64,000 bases of DNA from Raillietiella orientalis (lineage: Eukaryota). The stretch's first letter is position 1; each line of letters starts with the position of its first letter. This document shows, in pieces, positions 48,601 through 61,684 of the stretch. The DNA lies in NCBI GenBank assembly GCA_036172245.1, contig JAYWIR010000007.1, forward strand, positions 310,001 to 374,000. Direction: 5' to 3'. The notes under the pieces were generated by a model. The model made no database searches and was not told the DNA's origin. It was given only the letters and a program-made list of their open reading frames with translations. Position numbers and translations under genes: made by a program.

Positions 48601-50966
48601 TGTTATTGATCCTCGTTCGCGGAGTCATCCAAGTCTCTAGCGTCACGAGTGTACAGTGTACACACGTGAGCGTCATCGAACGGCAGCTCCAGTGAGGTTG
48701 TTAATGCTGTATATTGTAAGAGTCGGGCAAAAAAAAAAAAGAAAGTGTTGTTGTTTTTGGGGTCAGCGGGCCCGAAAGCCAACTGATTTGCTTTTATATC
48801 GAATTGCACCTCCTTAGTCGGTCACCTTCCCTTGTCGGAGAGGTTCAAGATGATGATGATGATGATGATGCGAGATCTGCTTGCTTGCCTTTACCGCAGC
48901 CTCTGAGGGCCCCGTTTCCTACCCTTCGCCCACCCCACCCCCTTCGCATGCCTCCAGGACAAAACCCGAGGTGCTCGTGCATAGCAAAGTGCGAAGCGAC
49001 AGAGAATTCAGGAAATCAGTAGTACAAGATTGGAAATGCCCAGAGGGTTGTACGGAGCAATTCTTGGATCGCCCTGTAAGCTCTCACAACCCCTGACGAA
49101 TGTTAGCGAAGTAAGCAGTGAAGGAAACAAATGAGGGTGTAGAGCCAAAAAGTATCCCACGTCCCCCAAACTGAAGGGTTGGGCCAATCTGCCCAATCCA
49201 CAAGTACACTAAGAGCGTCCGATTTTCAGGTGAACCCCAAAGTTTGCTGTATAACGTGATTCAGAATGTTGCTAATATGCTGCCTGGTGCATTTCATTAA
49301 GCACTAAGTTTTCATAATGGAGAACCTGCAGACTGATAAAAAGGTGGAACTGACCAGGTCTGGAAAGGTAAACTGGAATTTGAACGAGAAAAATGTCACC
49401 TCCATGCATTTTGGATGAAAGTGAAATGGCCTATAGTTGCATGTTTAGAACGAAAATCCAAACTTCATGATTTTAATTGAAGGCACAAAGCAAGCTGATG
49501 TAATCACTGCTTCAGGTAAATCGAAAGCAGTACTCTTTATTATGGAATTAGAAAGCATGCCGTTTTAACAAAGGATTCCAAGGTGGATGTTATTGATATA
49601 GATGAAGTCATGCTTTTTTTTTTATAAGCTAGAGGAAAACTGCTTGTGCTAAGGTATGTGTCGAATTTCCTTTATACTTTATTCAATTTTTCCTTAAGTA
49701 GTCAGAGCTTGGATCATCACTGAACGATTAATGTTTTTTAATGGTTCGTTTCCCAGTACATAAACAGTCGATGACGTTGTATATTTGTGTGAAATACAAG
49801 TCTGAAATCTGAACTGACTGTTCTTAAGTGTGTGTGGTTGTGGAATATTGCCATCATGCAAAGATTTGGGATGAAAAGCTTTGCATATTTAATGAAACAA
49901 AAGTTCATAACTGGCTTTCACCTTAAACATGCAACTGCATTATCACAATCTTGTCATCTAAAGATCATAAGATTATCTATAGGTTATCTATAGATGATTG
50001 TGATAAGTGTTGAAAATTATGTCCTTTGTGATTCTGCCTCCATGTTTGTCCTCCACAAATAATATGCTGGCATTTATAAACATGTGTGTGAAAGCCGTTT
50101 TCAAATTGATATTCTTTAGATCCATAAAAATCAATCACGTTGTATCAATAATGAGCATTATGGGTTAGTGGGTGAATAAACGATCAGTTTTATTGAGATT
50201 CTTGGATTTATTTTGAACCTTGTGTCAGAAAAATCGCAGCATTGTTTGAAATAACCAGTTTAGCATTCAAAAATTAGAATTTTTCTAAAGAACTGTCTGT
50301 TTATTGCATAATTTCATGCCAGTTCTGAACATCCTTTATATATAGATAGCAATTTTGGTTTATTACTTGTGATGCAAAAATGTGTTTGACCAAAAACATT
50401 TAGAAAATCACAGATTTCCAAATATCAGAATTTGATGCCCCTTGATTTTGCAAATCATTGCTCGAAACAGATCAAATGAATCTTACACGTAATTTGACTG
50501 TTGAAACTCTTTTGACAACAGGCTTGATTTTGTAGGTACTTACAAAATTCTTGTTTGAATGGTCCAACTAACATGCATCAACTATGCAATCTTTGAGTGA
50601 AATTGATTTAGGTTCTTATAATGTGAACCAAGTCGACAAATGCGATTTATTCTACCTTTTGAAATCTGATTTACTGTATTCTACAATAATTCCCTTTCAA
50701 TCTTAAATTTAGCTCATGTTTTCGCATCTTTTGATTTCATTACCTTGTGCACTATAAATGGGAGTCTGTGGATATTTCTTTTAAGCATGCTAGTTTTTAG
50801 GAGAGATATCCGTTAAATGTTTTACAAATCCTAAAATATGCATGCATAATTCGCACCAGTGAAAAGAAAAAAGGTAATGAACACTGCAAGGTTATGATGT
50901 TAAAAGTATACTCATTTGTATCATTTATTTGAAGAAATACAAGGCATTTCTTCCCTTTTGTCTTAG

Positions 50967-53900
50967 ATGTCCCCTATCTTCAGTAAATCGGATTTAAAAT
51001 TATTTTGGATGCCTGACAGCATCAGTAAGGAATGCTTTGATTGTGGTGATAGATTCACTACTCTTCGTCGCCGACATCACTGCCGGCTTTGTGGGCAAAT
51101 TTTTTGCTCAGTTTGTTGCAACAGAGAGATATCAGGAAAAATGATAAATTTTTCTGGTTAGTGTTAAGCCTACTTTGATGCCTTTCATATTATTAAACCA
51201 GGAAATCTCAGAGTGTGTTCTCATTGCTATCAAGTAGCACTGAAGTATGCAGAATCCTTTGAAAGATGTAAAGATTTTGCTGACTTAATTCACACAAATG
51301 ACAAGGGAGATTGCACTCTTGCTTTGCCTGATCAGAGTAGCATGAATGACAGCCATGGGTTTTGGCAAACAAATCAATTTTGTCTTCCCAAAACAGATAG
51401 ATTGACTGTAATGCCTATCGAATTTTTTTTATAAGTGTAATTAGTGTTCAGACTTCTTTAGAAGATTCATCCCTATTTGATGATTTGGATTCTTGCATAA
51501 GCAACGATTTCTCGAACAGTTTAGATGCCATCACTCTTATTAAACAACTATTTGATCCTCTTGGTGGTGGCTTGAGGCTGCGAAAGCACCGTTATATGTT
51601 GAAGTATTTTACTCAGTCATTTGTTGGTTGTGAATTAGTAGAATGGTTGTTAATCCAAAAGAAAGTTTCATCAAGGTATGCTGCTTTACAAGTGACCATT
51701 TGGAAAAATGTGTTCAGGAAAAAAGGTTGCAAAATTGGCAAGCTCTTGATCGATAAAAACCTTATCATCTGTTTAACTCATTCGGATGGTGAATTCCACG
51801 ATGATGGTGCCTTGTATCAACCAACCAAAGTGTGCATCAGTTTGTCATTGCCACAAAAAGCAGCTATAAAAGATGATACTGAGCCACTTTGGGTATCTCA
51901 GATTGATCAGTTAGACTTAGATGAGAGAAGTATAAGCGGTAAGATTCTAGTTTAGCCATTTCCATGATGGATTTTAAGGTATCACTTGATATAGATGTGG
52001 ATTCACAGTTCTTGGCTTGCAAAAGAACACCTCTATCTTATTCTTATAAAAATTTAATGGGAATGGATAGCAAAGAGAAGATGCAAGACCAAACAAAAGA
52101 AGCACTTTTAGAAGCAGGTGAGAAAGCTTGTAGTTGTTAACCGTCAGTGAATGTATACTCAGATGAGTTTCAGGAAACCAGTATTTTTGAACAGACAACC
52201 CTTGATGATCAGTACAAAAAGGTAGACAAAGCAGATAGCAACCAAGAATTATCAGCTAATTTATTAACCATATTACTGTGAGTGAACATGTCAATCACTT
52301 CATTCACTTTTTCTTGGTTTTCCAGCAATACTTACAAGGAGTATCGGCTGCGTTTTGTGCAGCAGCTCCTGGAGAAAGAAAGTTTGTGTGCTTCTTGGCT
52401 AGATTGCATAATCAATTTGGCAGACAAAGTTGTTGATTCTGTACGTCTGTGTGGGGAAGGTGATCGCATGGATATACGATGGTAAGATGATGTAACAGTC
52501 CATTTCGATGTCTGTGGAAGTTATGTCCATGTTAAGAGAATTCCTGGGGGTCACCGGAGCGGATGTAGATTGGTATCTGGTGTTGTATTTAGCAAGAGTG
52601 TGGCTCATCGCAAAATGCCACAAAACATTCTGAATCCTCGTATTCTTATTTTGTCATCTGGGATCTCTTATGAAAGGAAGGACAAATTTGTTTCCTTAGA
52701 TCCCTTGCTTCTGCAGGTAAAACCATTCTCTGAAATCGAGTGCTTAAATGTCTATCTTTCTTTCCACAGGAGGAAGAATATTTGAAGAAAATGTTTTACC
52801 GTATCCAGTCTTTCCAGCCTTCTTTGCTAATAGCACATGAACCAGTTTCTCATCGTATGCAAGAACATTTACTTCAAGCTGGGATCACTTTGGTGCTGAA
52901 TGTGAAGACCTCCGTGTTAGATAGACTCAACCGGATAACACAGGCAGAAGTTGTCCAGGCTCTTGACGCTCAGTTAATGTGTCCAGTTCTGGGTACTTGC
53001 CAGCATTTTTATGTAGAATCATTCCCTCTGCCAGATGGAAAATCCAAGACTTGTATGGTATTTGACGGTTGTCCTCCCCAATTGGGCGGAACAGTTTTAT
53101 TGAGAGGAGGATCTCTTGAGGAACTTAGAAAAGTGAAAAAGATACTGTTATTCGTCATTTATGCAACATATAGCAACAACCTGGAATGTGCCTTTTTACA
53201 TACCGAGAATGCCTTTCATCCATCCATGTCTACTCTTTACTCTTTTCTTCAGAACTCATCTGTTGTGGCTGATGCTTCAGCAGATCAATCTGTGCCTTCC
53301 CTCGATCAGAATACTGTAGTGAATGAAAACGAAGGTGCCCCCAATCTCGCAGCTGAATTCTTCAAGGTTCTTAAGTGTACCTTGTTGTCCATATCCCCAT
53401 TCATGGATATCCATCCTCCGTGCTTAGAAACTCTACCGGGACATTCCTACGAGATTTATCATCTACTGAGAAAGCAATCTCAGGGGAAAAGCACCTTGCT
53501 GAATAAGGATCTGAAGCAGCAGCAGCCACCAACCAGTAGCTCGCTGCACAGATACAAACTGTCTCACAAGTACTTTCATCCATTTTTATCAGTGAAAATA
53601 ACTTCGAACGATGACGAACAGCTGTGGGCTTATTTGTCAGACTTTCGAGCTTGCGGAAAACTGTGCCTTTTCCCTACCAATAGCTCACAAAAAGCAGATA
53701 GCCCTGATAAAGAAGAAGCCCCATCTGATGTACCCGTAATAGCTGACATGAATTCTGAACAGATATTCTACAAGTGGACTCTAGATCCCTACTTTCACCA
53801 AAACCTGTCAGTGTTGTTTTACAGCTTCTGTCCTTTATATCGAGATATGCCATGTTTTTGTGTGGAGCCTTGGTATGTTATGGGCACAAAGATACAGTAA

Positions 53901-56900
53901 TGATGCAAGTTTGATAGGTTGGTCACTATGGACTTCTATAGGAAAAACGATATTACTTTGGGTGGTTTCCTTGAAGGGTACTGTTTTCGGGAAAAATATG
54001 TGTGCCCTTCAAACACATGTGAAGCTCCAGCAAGCAGCCACATTCGTCGATTTGTGCATGACTCTGGTTGTATCCAGGTCCAAGTCCGTCAGTCCACAGA
54101 ACTGTTTCCGAGCTCCAATAACATTCTCATGTGGAGCTGTTGTCAAATATGCAAAAAGGTATAGCTGATCTTTCATCTTCCAGGAAGTCGAGATTTGTGT
54201 GCCTTAGAAATCCAGCATAGTTCCCTTGTTATCCAGTGCTTGGATGTTATCATTTGGCAAGTATTTGGAACTTCGATTCTATGGAACGTCTTATCAATTA
54301 TGTAATGGATTCTGTGAACCATCATGCCAGCATTCCATTCATCGTGACTTTCATCATTACTTCAGCTTCAAGAACACTATTGCCTCCTTCAAGTAAGTTT
54401 TTAGTTTTTTGTTAAGTATGACAAGGTCTGATGCTGTGAGAGATGGTGAAACTGCACACTTTTTCTTTGACTATGCGCCTATGCATCTACACAGTTGTAT
54501 GGTAACACATCAATGCCTTTTTGTTAATCTAGTGTAGGGAAGTAGGTCCTCGGAATGTTAAAGTAATTGTGTGTAAAAATTTGCTTTCCGTTTGAAATGG
54601 AAATTGCCTAAACCTAGGCACTGCTGTTTATTCTGTTTGTTGCCAATTACATATATATGTATATGCATACACACTGCACATATATGGGGTATGTGACTTA
54701 ACATGGGCCCAACACGTACGTACATGAGCTTAAAGTGAGACGGTTTTCTTACTTTAGCGAGTCCTGCTGCATTTGCATTTAGGGATCTTTTCCTTTTTCG
54801 TTTTGTTTTGTTTTCGTTTCTCATTTGCAACAGTTCATTGAAAGTAGTTCCGAATTGCAAACACTGGTCTTTCTGTTTTCTGGTTCCATGTTTCTGAGAA
54901 AGGCAGAATTTTTTCTGTTCATCTCTACCAAGCTACCAAGGTAGTTTGGTTTTATTTGACCATGTGACGATAAGAAAAAGTGAAGAAGAAAAAACACCAG
55001 CAGGTTCTGTTGATTTAGCCACGGGCCACGTAAAAGAGCAGGATTAAGTTGGATAAGATTTTGATCCCTAAGTACAAGCTTAATGTTTACCTGCCGAATG
55101 CTGTGCAGACCTCGATGTCCGTTGATGCAGTTTCTGTGTTTGCAATGTTCTCATTTTCGAAGGTATCAGAAGATTCAGCTGTGGGAAGTTGCATTACCCA
55201 GCAACCCCATCCAGATGAACGAAACCTGCTTGACAAAACATCAGGTGAGAGATGCATTTGCTGATCAGACAGTACGCGACTGTTGCGTTTCTTGTGGGCA
55301 GCTAATGGAGGAAAGCAAATTTTTGGTAGTGACAGGCTACAAAGTGTTGGGCAGCATCTTGGAGAAGCTGCTGGTGTTGAAAGAAGAATTGATCCGTCAG
55401 AAGCAGGAAGAGAGTCTGGCCGCCATGTTTGAGATCCAGAAGGAGGAAAGTAACCAATTAAAGATGAGGATCAATGAAATTGGCAACACCTTGTGCTCGA
55501 TAAGAAACAGTACCGATGCTGCTGACCAGAGCAAAAGTCTGTGCAGCATACTTTGATCTTCTGGTCCAAGCTGTTTGCTCCCAGATGAAAACAAGTTCTT
55601 CCATGCGTCGGATTTGATACTTATGCTCAAGTCATACATCGTGCAACTTGTATCCAACTGGAACGCCTGTCTTCTGGAGCTGGCACCCCAGCGCAAACGG
55701 GACGAACGAATGCTGCACGGAAACAACAGCCGGACTAATTCCAAGGAGATACCTCAGGACGCTGCTTGTGGCACTTTGGAAGCCAGCACGAATCCCTTGC
55801 AAGGTTCCCCGACGTGCGACCATTTCGCTGCCCTTGCGAGCAACGAAGAAGAGTGCCTGAAGGCCCTGAGCCTACTGGATGACGCAGACCCGCCCCACTC
55901 GGATCCCAGATGCGAGGCTTGTTCTGTGTGTAGCTCTCTGGAGGGTTCGTCTTGCCCGGAAAACCAAGACCCTTGTGCTGAGTGATTGCAGGTGAACCAG
56001 GCCACCCTGCCAGCTGCAAGGAGAAGCCGGCTAGTGCGGAGAGGAATGCTGCGGTATTCGGCACGGTCTCCAGAAAAGGTACACTCCCCGCCCTCGTTTT
56101 TCCCTCTGAATCTTTCATTCGCCTTTACTGTCCCTCCCTTTTTTTTTTTTTTTTCTTTTCCCCCGTCTGGTTAGACGTCGGTGCTTTCGCTGCGGTGTCT
56201 AGCGGTCACCATCCTCGGAAAGCATTCGCTTCGGAGGACACCATCGGCAAAGCAGCCATAGCGCACCTGCTGAGCACCTCAGGACCAACACCCATTCAGT
56301 TGCCGTTCTCCATCACCGAGCACTTCCTCTTGTCCTCCTGCGTCGGCCCTCCCGTCGTGGTTTACGAGGAGCAGCCCAGCTCCCTCATCGCGTACGTGCT
56401 CAGCTCCGCGGATTACCACAGGCAGCTGTCCGATCTCAAGAGCTCCTTGCTCGCCAGGTATTTCGGCGTGCACGTGGACTTCGACCCACAACACTTGACT
56501 CGTGTTGCGTTTTTCTTCCTACTTTTCGAATTTTCATGTCGCGCAGCTCCGGCAAAGCGGAAGTTTCGTCGGACACTCGCCTGGAGTCTGGGACTACGGC
56601 GGATTCCTGCGACCTGCTTATCGGGAACGCGGCCGACCTGTCGGCGGGCTGCTCCTCGAAGCCGAGCATGCACCTGGAATTCCAGTTCAACAACAACCAC
56701 ACGCGTTTCTACTGCCGCGTGTACTTCGCGGAGCACTTCCGACAACTGAGAAAGCACGTCTTCCCCAGAGGCGAGCATCGATTCGTCCGTTCCTTGGCCC
56801 GCTGCATGCGGTGGGAGGCCAAGGGCGGGAAATCAGGCTCCGTGTTCTGCAAGACTCACGGTGAGCCACCGCTCCCACCTTTCCTCCCTTCCTGGGATTG

Positions 56901-57711
56901 CCCCCCTCCCCCCTCTTCCGCGCGGCCTTCGATGCCAGGTCTCACCTTCCGACCCTCTTGCTTCCAGATGACCGCTTCATCTTGAAGCAGATGTCGCGCC
57001 TGGAAATCCAGTCCTTCTTGGATTCTGCTCCCAGCTATATGCAGTACGTCAGCCAGGCCGTGTCCCGCCAGCAGCCGTCCATCCTGGCCAAGGTGCTAGG
57101 CGTCTACCGCATCAGCTACCGCAACTCCCACACGAACGCCGCCTGCAAGCAGGACCTGCTGGTCATGGAGAACCTCTTCTACGGACGCAGCATCTCCCAG
57201 AAGTTTGACCTCAAGGGTTCCGTGCGCAACCGACTGGTGCGAACCGGCGAGACCTCCGAGCACGACATCGTGCTTCTGGACGAGAACCTGCTCAAGATGG
57301 CGTGCAAGACCCCTCTGTATATCCGACCTCACTCCAAGGCCGTGCTCACCTACGCCATCTCATGTGACACGCAGTTCCTGTGTTCCCAGGCCATCATGGA
57401 TTACTCCCTGCTGGTCGGCTTGGACGAGAAGCGCGCGGAGCTGGTGGTGGGCATCATCGGTACGACGTGGGGGAGGGAGGAAGTGGGGACTCTTGCGGAT
57501 TTCAAACCCTTTTGCAGATTACATCCGCACCTTCACTTGGGACAAGAAGCTGGAGATGGTCGTCAAGTCCACCGGGATCCTCGGAGGGCAGGGGAAACTG
57601 CCCACGATCGTCAGTCCGGAGCTGTACCGCAACCGGTTCTGCCAGGCCATGTCTAAGTACTTCCCGATAGTGCCGGACCGATGGAGCGTCAGGCTGTCCA
57701 GGAACGACTGA
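50967..57711 (+). CDS. PIKFYVE: 1-phosphatidylinositol 3-phosphate 5-kinase (FYVE, DEP, CCT-like, CCR and PIPK domains), at least 1668 aa
   Basis: FWMPDSISKECFDCGDRFTTLRRRHHCRLCGQIFC (FYVE), FVGCELVEWL (DEP), VKRIPGG...VSGVVFSKSVAHRKM (CCT), SFGKYLELRFY, YEEQPSSLIAYVL, GGKSGSVF, DDRFILKQM, FDLKGS, IMDYSLLVG and IIDYIRTFTWDKKLE. 19 in-phase exons: 50967-51156, 51202-51407, 51452-51675, 51718-51938, 51995-52117, 52163-52277, 52326-52481, 52521-52716, 52770-53872, 53918-54158, 54208-54392, 55163-55244, 55302-55536, 55585-55944, 55992-56078, 56175-56457, 56547-56860, 56968-57459, 57518-57711. More 5' exons are likely (e.g. 50801-50890). Confidence 0.96.
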
Positions 57712-57929
57712 TTGCGCGCTTGCAGAGTCCGCAAGATGACGGAGACGAATACATGTTTTTTTTCTTTTTCCTTTCTTCCAATTTCTTTGCGCTTCCTTCA
57801 AGTGCGCTTCCCCCCCCCCCCCCCTCACCCCTCTTCGTTCCTTCGTGGTGGATTCAGTGGGAGACGGCGTTGCGTCGAAAGCTGCGAAGACACCACTCCA
57901 TCCGAGATGCGCCCAAGTCACTCGCTGCA

Positions 57930-57955
57930 CTTTCTCCCCCTCTCTTCCTGTGCAG
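57930..57955 (+). promoter_or_regulatory. Polypyrimidine tract plus CAG acceptor 17 nt upstream of the BBS9 ATG (candidate trans-splice or 5' UTR acceptor)
   Basis: ctttctccccctctcttcctgtgcag ends at 57955. No GTRAG-type donor is visible between the PIKFYVE stop and this site. Confidence 0.45.
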
Positions 57956-57972
57956 AACGCCATCGCTCCCGG

Positions 57973-60900
57973 ATGTCCATATTCCACTCGCGGGAGATCT
58001 GGGGCACCCGACTTCAGGGTCTACTGCATGAAAGCTGCGCTTCCTGCATGCTGGTCGCCAGCGTGGTGGACAACGACCCCGAGGAGCGGGATAACATAAT
58101 AATAAGCACCTTCGACGGGAAGCTGGGCATCTACTGCCCTTCCTTGCAGATCCCTGCGGGTGCTGCCGATTTTTCGCCGGCGTTCCAAGTCGAAAATGTC
58201 CTGTTGGAAACCCAGATCAAGCATCCAGTCCTGCAGGTGGCCGCAGGACGGTTCCTCGTGTACGTGTCTTCCCACAGCTCGCTTCCTCAGCGGAACAGTG
58301 GGAAGGAGGGGAGGAAGAGGAGAGGGGCGGGCAGGAGGAGGAAGTGGGAGGAACCGCTACACCGGCTGATTTCTTGCAGAAAGTGCGACTCCTTGCAGCT
58401 CGCGGTTCTGGCTCCCCGCAGTCTGCAGATCTTCAACGTGAGCCGGGTGGAGGAGAGCGAGTACAGGATGACCAGCTGCTGTGATCATCGGCTTCAGCGT
58501 CACGCCTTCAACATGGCGCACGGACCATTCGGCCGCATCGACAACTGCGACTTCATTTGCGTTCAGTCGATGGATGGCTTCCTTTTCTTCTACGAGGAAG
58601 ATCACCTGGCCTTCTGCGTGTCCCTGCCGGAGTTCGTGTTGCCAGGTCCGCTGGCGTACTGCTACGCGAGGGACTCTTTGGTGACGACGTCGGCGGACGA
58701 ATCCATCCAGAGTCTGCGGTCTGTAAAAAGGGCAGAGTCTGCTTTCGAGCTTCGGGTTCACCCTCAGCTACTCGCACTTGGTTGCGAGGGGCAACGCCGG
58801 GGAAGAGGAGACTTCCAGTGCCGTCCGCGTCGACTGGATGTTCGACATCGGGGACCGCCCAACCGAAATTGCGGTCTTACGGCGACTGCCAGATGCCGCC
58901 ACCTCGTCGGACGACGATGGTGATGGCACCGTCGTGGTCATGGGGACGGCATCCCTGTCCGCTTTTCGCCCCGGGGGAACACTTGTCTGGATCAAGAGAT
59001 TCGACCATCCTTTGTCCTCCCTGCTCTGTTACCTTGCTGGTAGGCCGAGTGAGGCTGCAGCTTCAGCACGACACGAGTGAAATGCACCTCCTGCACTTGG
59101 GGCTACACAAGCGGCGACGGAACGGCCTCGCACGTGGTCCGGCCGGTAGGTCCACTCCCGAAGCTGGGGCGTGCGTCGCCGTCTCTGGCAGTGGCCGCAC
59201 GTTCGCCCTGCTCGAAGCGGATACAGTGACCGTTGCACCACCACCCGCACTTCACAACGAGCAGATCCACTGCGGCGTTTCCAGGCGAGAAGATGATCAT
59301 CTTGGTCGCTACGCAGCGTCGGATGCTGCACATTTTCGAGGGGTCGCACCTGAGGTGGTCGTCACATCTTCCGTTCGTTCCTGTCGCGCTGGCCAAGGTC
59401 AGCGTGGAGGTAAAGGAACCCTTTCCTGGTTTCTTGTGCATTCCCAACTTTCCTTCTGGACCCGTCCTCCCTCCACCCCTTTGTATCTCCCCTAATTTCT
59501 TTTCTTCGCTTTCTCAGAACCTGAAGGGGTGCCTCTTGCTGCTTTCGGCCAGCAGCCACGTCAGCTGTCGCTACCTGGGCACCCGTTGCGCTCCTCCCCC
59601 GACGCGCCACCTCACACCTGCCGCCATCGAAGGCGCTCGGGAGGAGTACGAAGACTTGCTGGCGCGCATCGGGAAGCTGTCGAAGGAGGAAGACGAGGTC
59701 TTCGCCCTCCCGGTGTCGCTGGCTAGATCCAGTATCCTTTCCCGGATCGCCACCTCTATCTCTCCCGTTGTCGGAAATCACGACTTTCCCTGCGAGGTAG
59801 ACGATCCCGATTGGAGGCTGGCAGCCGCTCTTTCGATCACGTGCACCGACGTCATCGAGGGAGCTGCCTGCGTCGACGTGATTGCGGAGGATGATGCCGT
59901 GGTGCTTTCGGAGACGGCCCTCTCACTGGACTCTATGGGTGAGCGGAGCCGCGTGCGCGCAAAGAGGGGGTCGGGGTCGGGGCAGTTGCCGCTCGCGGCC
60001 CGTGACCCGCGATTTCTCCTCCACCACCAGGCATCGGCCGCCCCAGGACCGTCTACGCGTACGTCAGGAACCCCGGAGAGCTGAGCTGCCTGGACATTGC
60101 CGTGGTGATCAACGTGCGGCTGGCCGCGGACGGGAGCGCTCTGGCGGAGAAGCGCACCCTCACGTTGCCGCTGCAGATGTTCGCACGTTCCTCCAGCCCT
60201 CCGGAAGGGGAGCGCGAGCACCGCCTGCGTTTCGGCGCGCCTCCCAGGTTCGCGCCCCTGAAGACCCTCTTCCCAGGTGAGGAAGGCATGCCCCTTCCCG
60301 TCCCAAATCCACCCTTCTCCCATCTTTTCTCTCCCTTCTCCTCTTCTGCTCCCCCGGATGCCCTTTTGCGCTCCTCTGGGCGGCGCACAGAAGTCGAGTC
60401 CCGCGAGGAGGACGGCGGCGACGCCATCTTCTTCCTCACAATCCGCCGCCGGATGGTCCACGTGCGATCGCACGCAGCGGGAGGCGGTGCGTACGAGCTA
60501 CAGTACGACGACTGCGCCGACCTTCGACCCGTCTTCTCGGAGTTCCGGTCGCGCCTTTCGAGGTTCCTCGGCCAGGAGCGCTTTGACCTCCGCTGCCATG
60601 GGTCCGACGTCTCCGACCTGTGCCGCCAGCTAGCTGGATCCGTCCGCCGCTTCCTCGATTCCCAGTGCAGCCTAAGCGGGCAGATGGTGAGCGGCGCCGC
60701 GATCCTCCGATCTGAATGCTCGTGATCACCTTCCAGGAGAAGGTGGCGCGGGACGCGGCCCGCTACCGCACGGTCGAGAGGCGTTTCCTGCTCTGCGCCA
60801 AGGAGCAGAGCGGCCCGCCCGCGAAGCCTCTGCTGTCTCTTCTCGACTACATCCACGGGCAGCTCACCGCCAGCCTCGACCGGGCGGACGACCTGGAGAA

Positions 60901-61684
60901 GGTGGTAGGGAGGGGGAGGGGGGAGGAAGGGTGGTGCTGCTCTCCGGAACGGCCCGTCATAGCCCCGCCCTCCTGCCAGGTCGCGACCGCATCATCCGGG
61001 AGGATCGACTGCTGCCGGCGAGTTCTCGTTTCGCTGATCCGCCTCCATCCCGGGTTCTCGGACGAAGACCGCAAGCGCCTGGACCGCAGCTTGGGCTACC
61101 CGATCGTCGTTCGCGGCAAGCAGGTGAGGCGAGCAGGAGAGCCGCAGTGGCGCGCGCCAACTCAGAAAACAGGGACGTCTCCGCAACGGGCACCGCCTCT
61201 GGTAGCGACCCGCAAGACCGCGGTGCAACGCGCCTCGTCTTCGCACTGCACCCCGGGCGCTGCCGCTGATGGCGCTGATGCCACCGACTGTGTCCCGGTC
61301 TCACGCCGTGGCTCGGTGGTACGCTGGCGACCTGCACGGCCGTGACGCGACACGTCTCGTCTTTCATCGCAGGGAAGACGTTTCTCCGCGCATCACGCGC
61401 GCGCGCACAGAACCGCTCTGCGTCGTCTCCAGGTCCCGGGAGGTGGCGCCGCGCACACTCACTCACTCTTCTGCGTCCCTCCCCCCCTTTAGAGATGGAT
61501 CGACCTGACCCTGGCAGCCTTGGACTGCGTTCGCGAAGACGGCCGTCCTGCGTCGCCGCTGGGGCAAGTGCGGGAACGCAAGAGTCCAGGTTCCCTGCGC
61601 GGCGCCGCCGACGAATTCGAAGGCCACCTCTCCCGCATCGCCGGCAGGTTCTCGGAGAAGCCAGAAGTGGACCGGAGCTCCTGA
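57973..61684 (+). CDS. BBS9: BBSome subunit PTHB1/BBS9, ~828 aa, 10 exons
   Basis: MSIFHSREIW, LLETQIKHPVLQVAAGRF, HRLQRHAFNMAHGPFG, DFICVQSMDG, LPEFVLPGPLAY, VDWMFDIG, NLKGCLLLLS...CRYLGT and YRTVERRFL match BBS9. In-phase exons 57973-58259, 58380-58718, 58768-59039, 59285-59409, 59518-59938, 60031-60276, 60391-60686, 60737-60901, 60980-61123, 61493-61684. AATAAA at 61788. Confidence 0.95.

Noticed and set aside
54426..54501. Extra PIKFYVE exon (…AHFFFDYAPMHLHSCM)
   Set aside because: It would need a 33-nt intron, and the expected continuation KYQKIQLWEVALP is supplied in phase by the exon at 55163.
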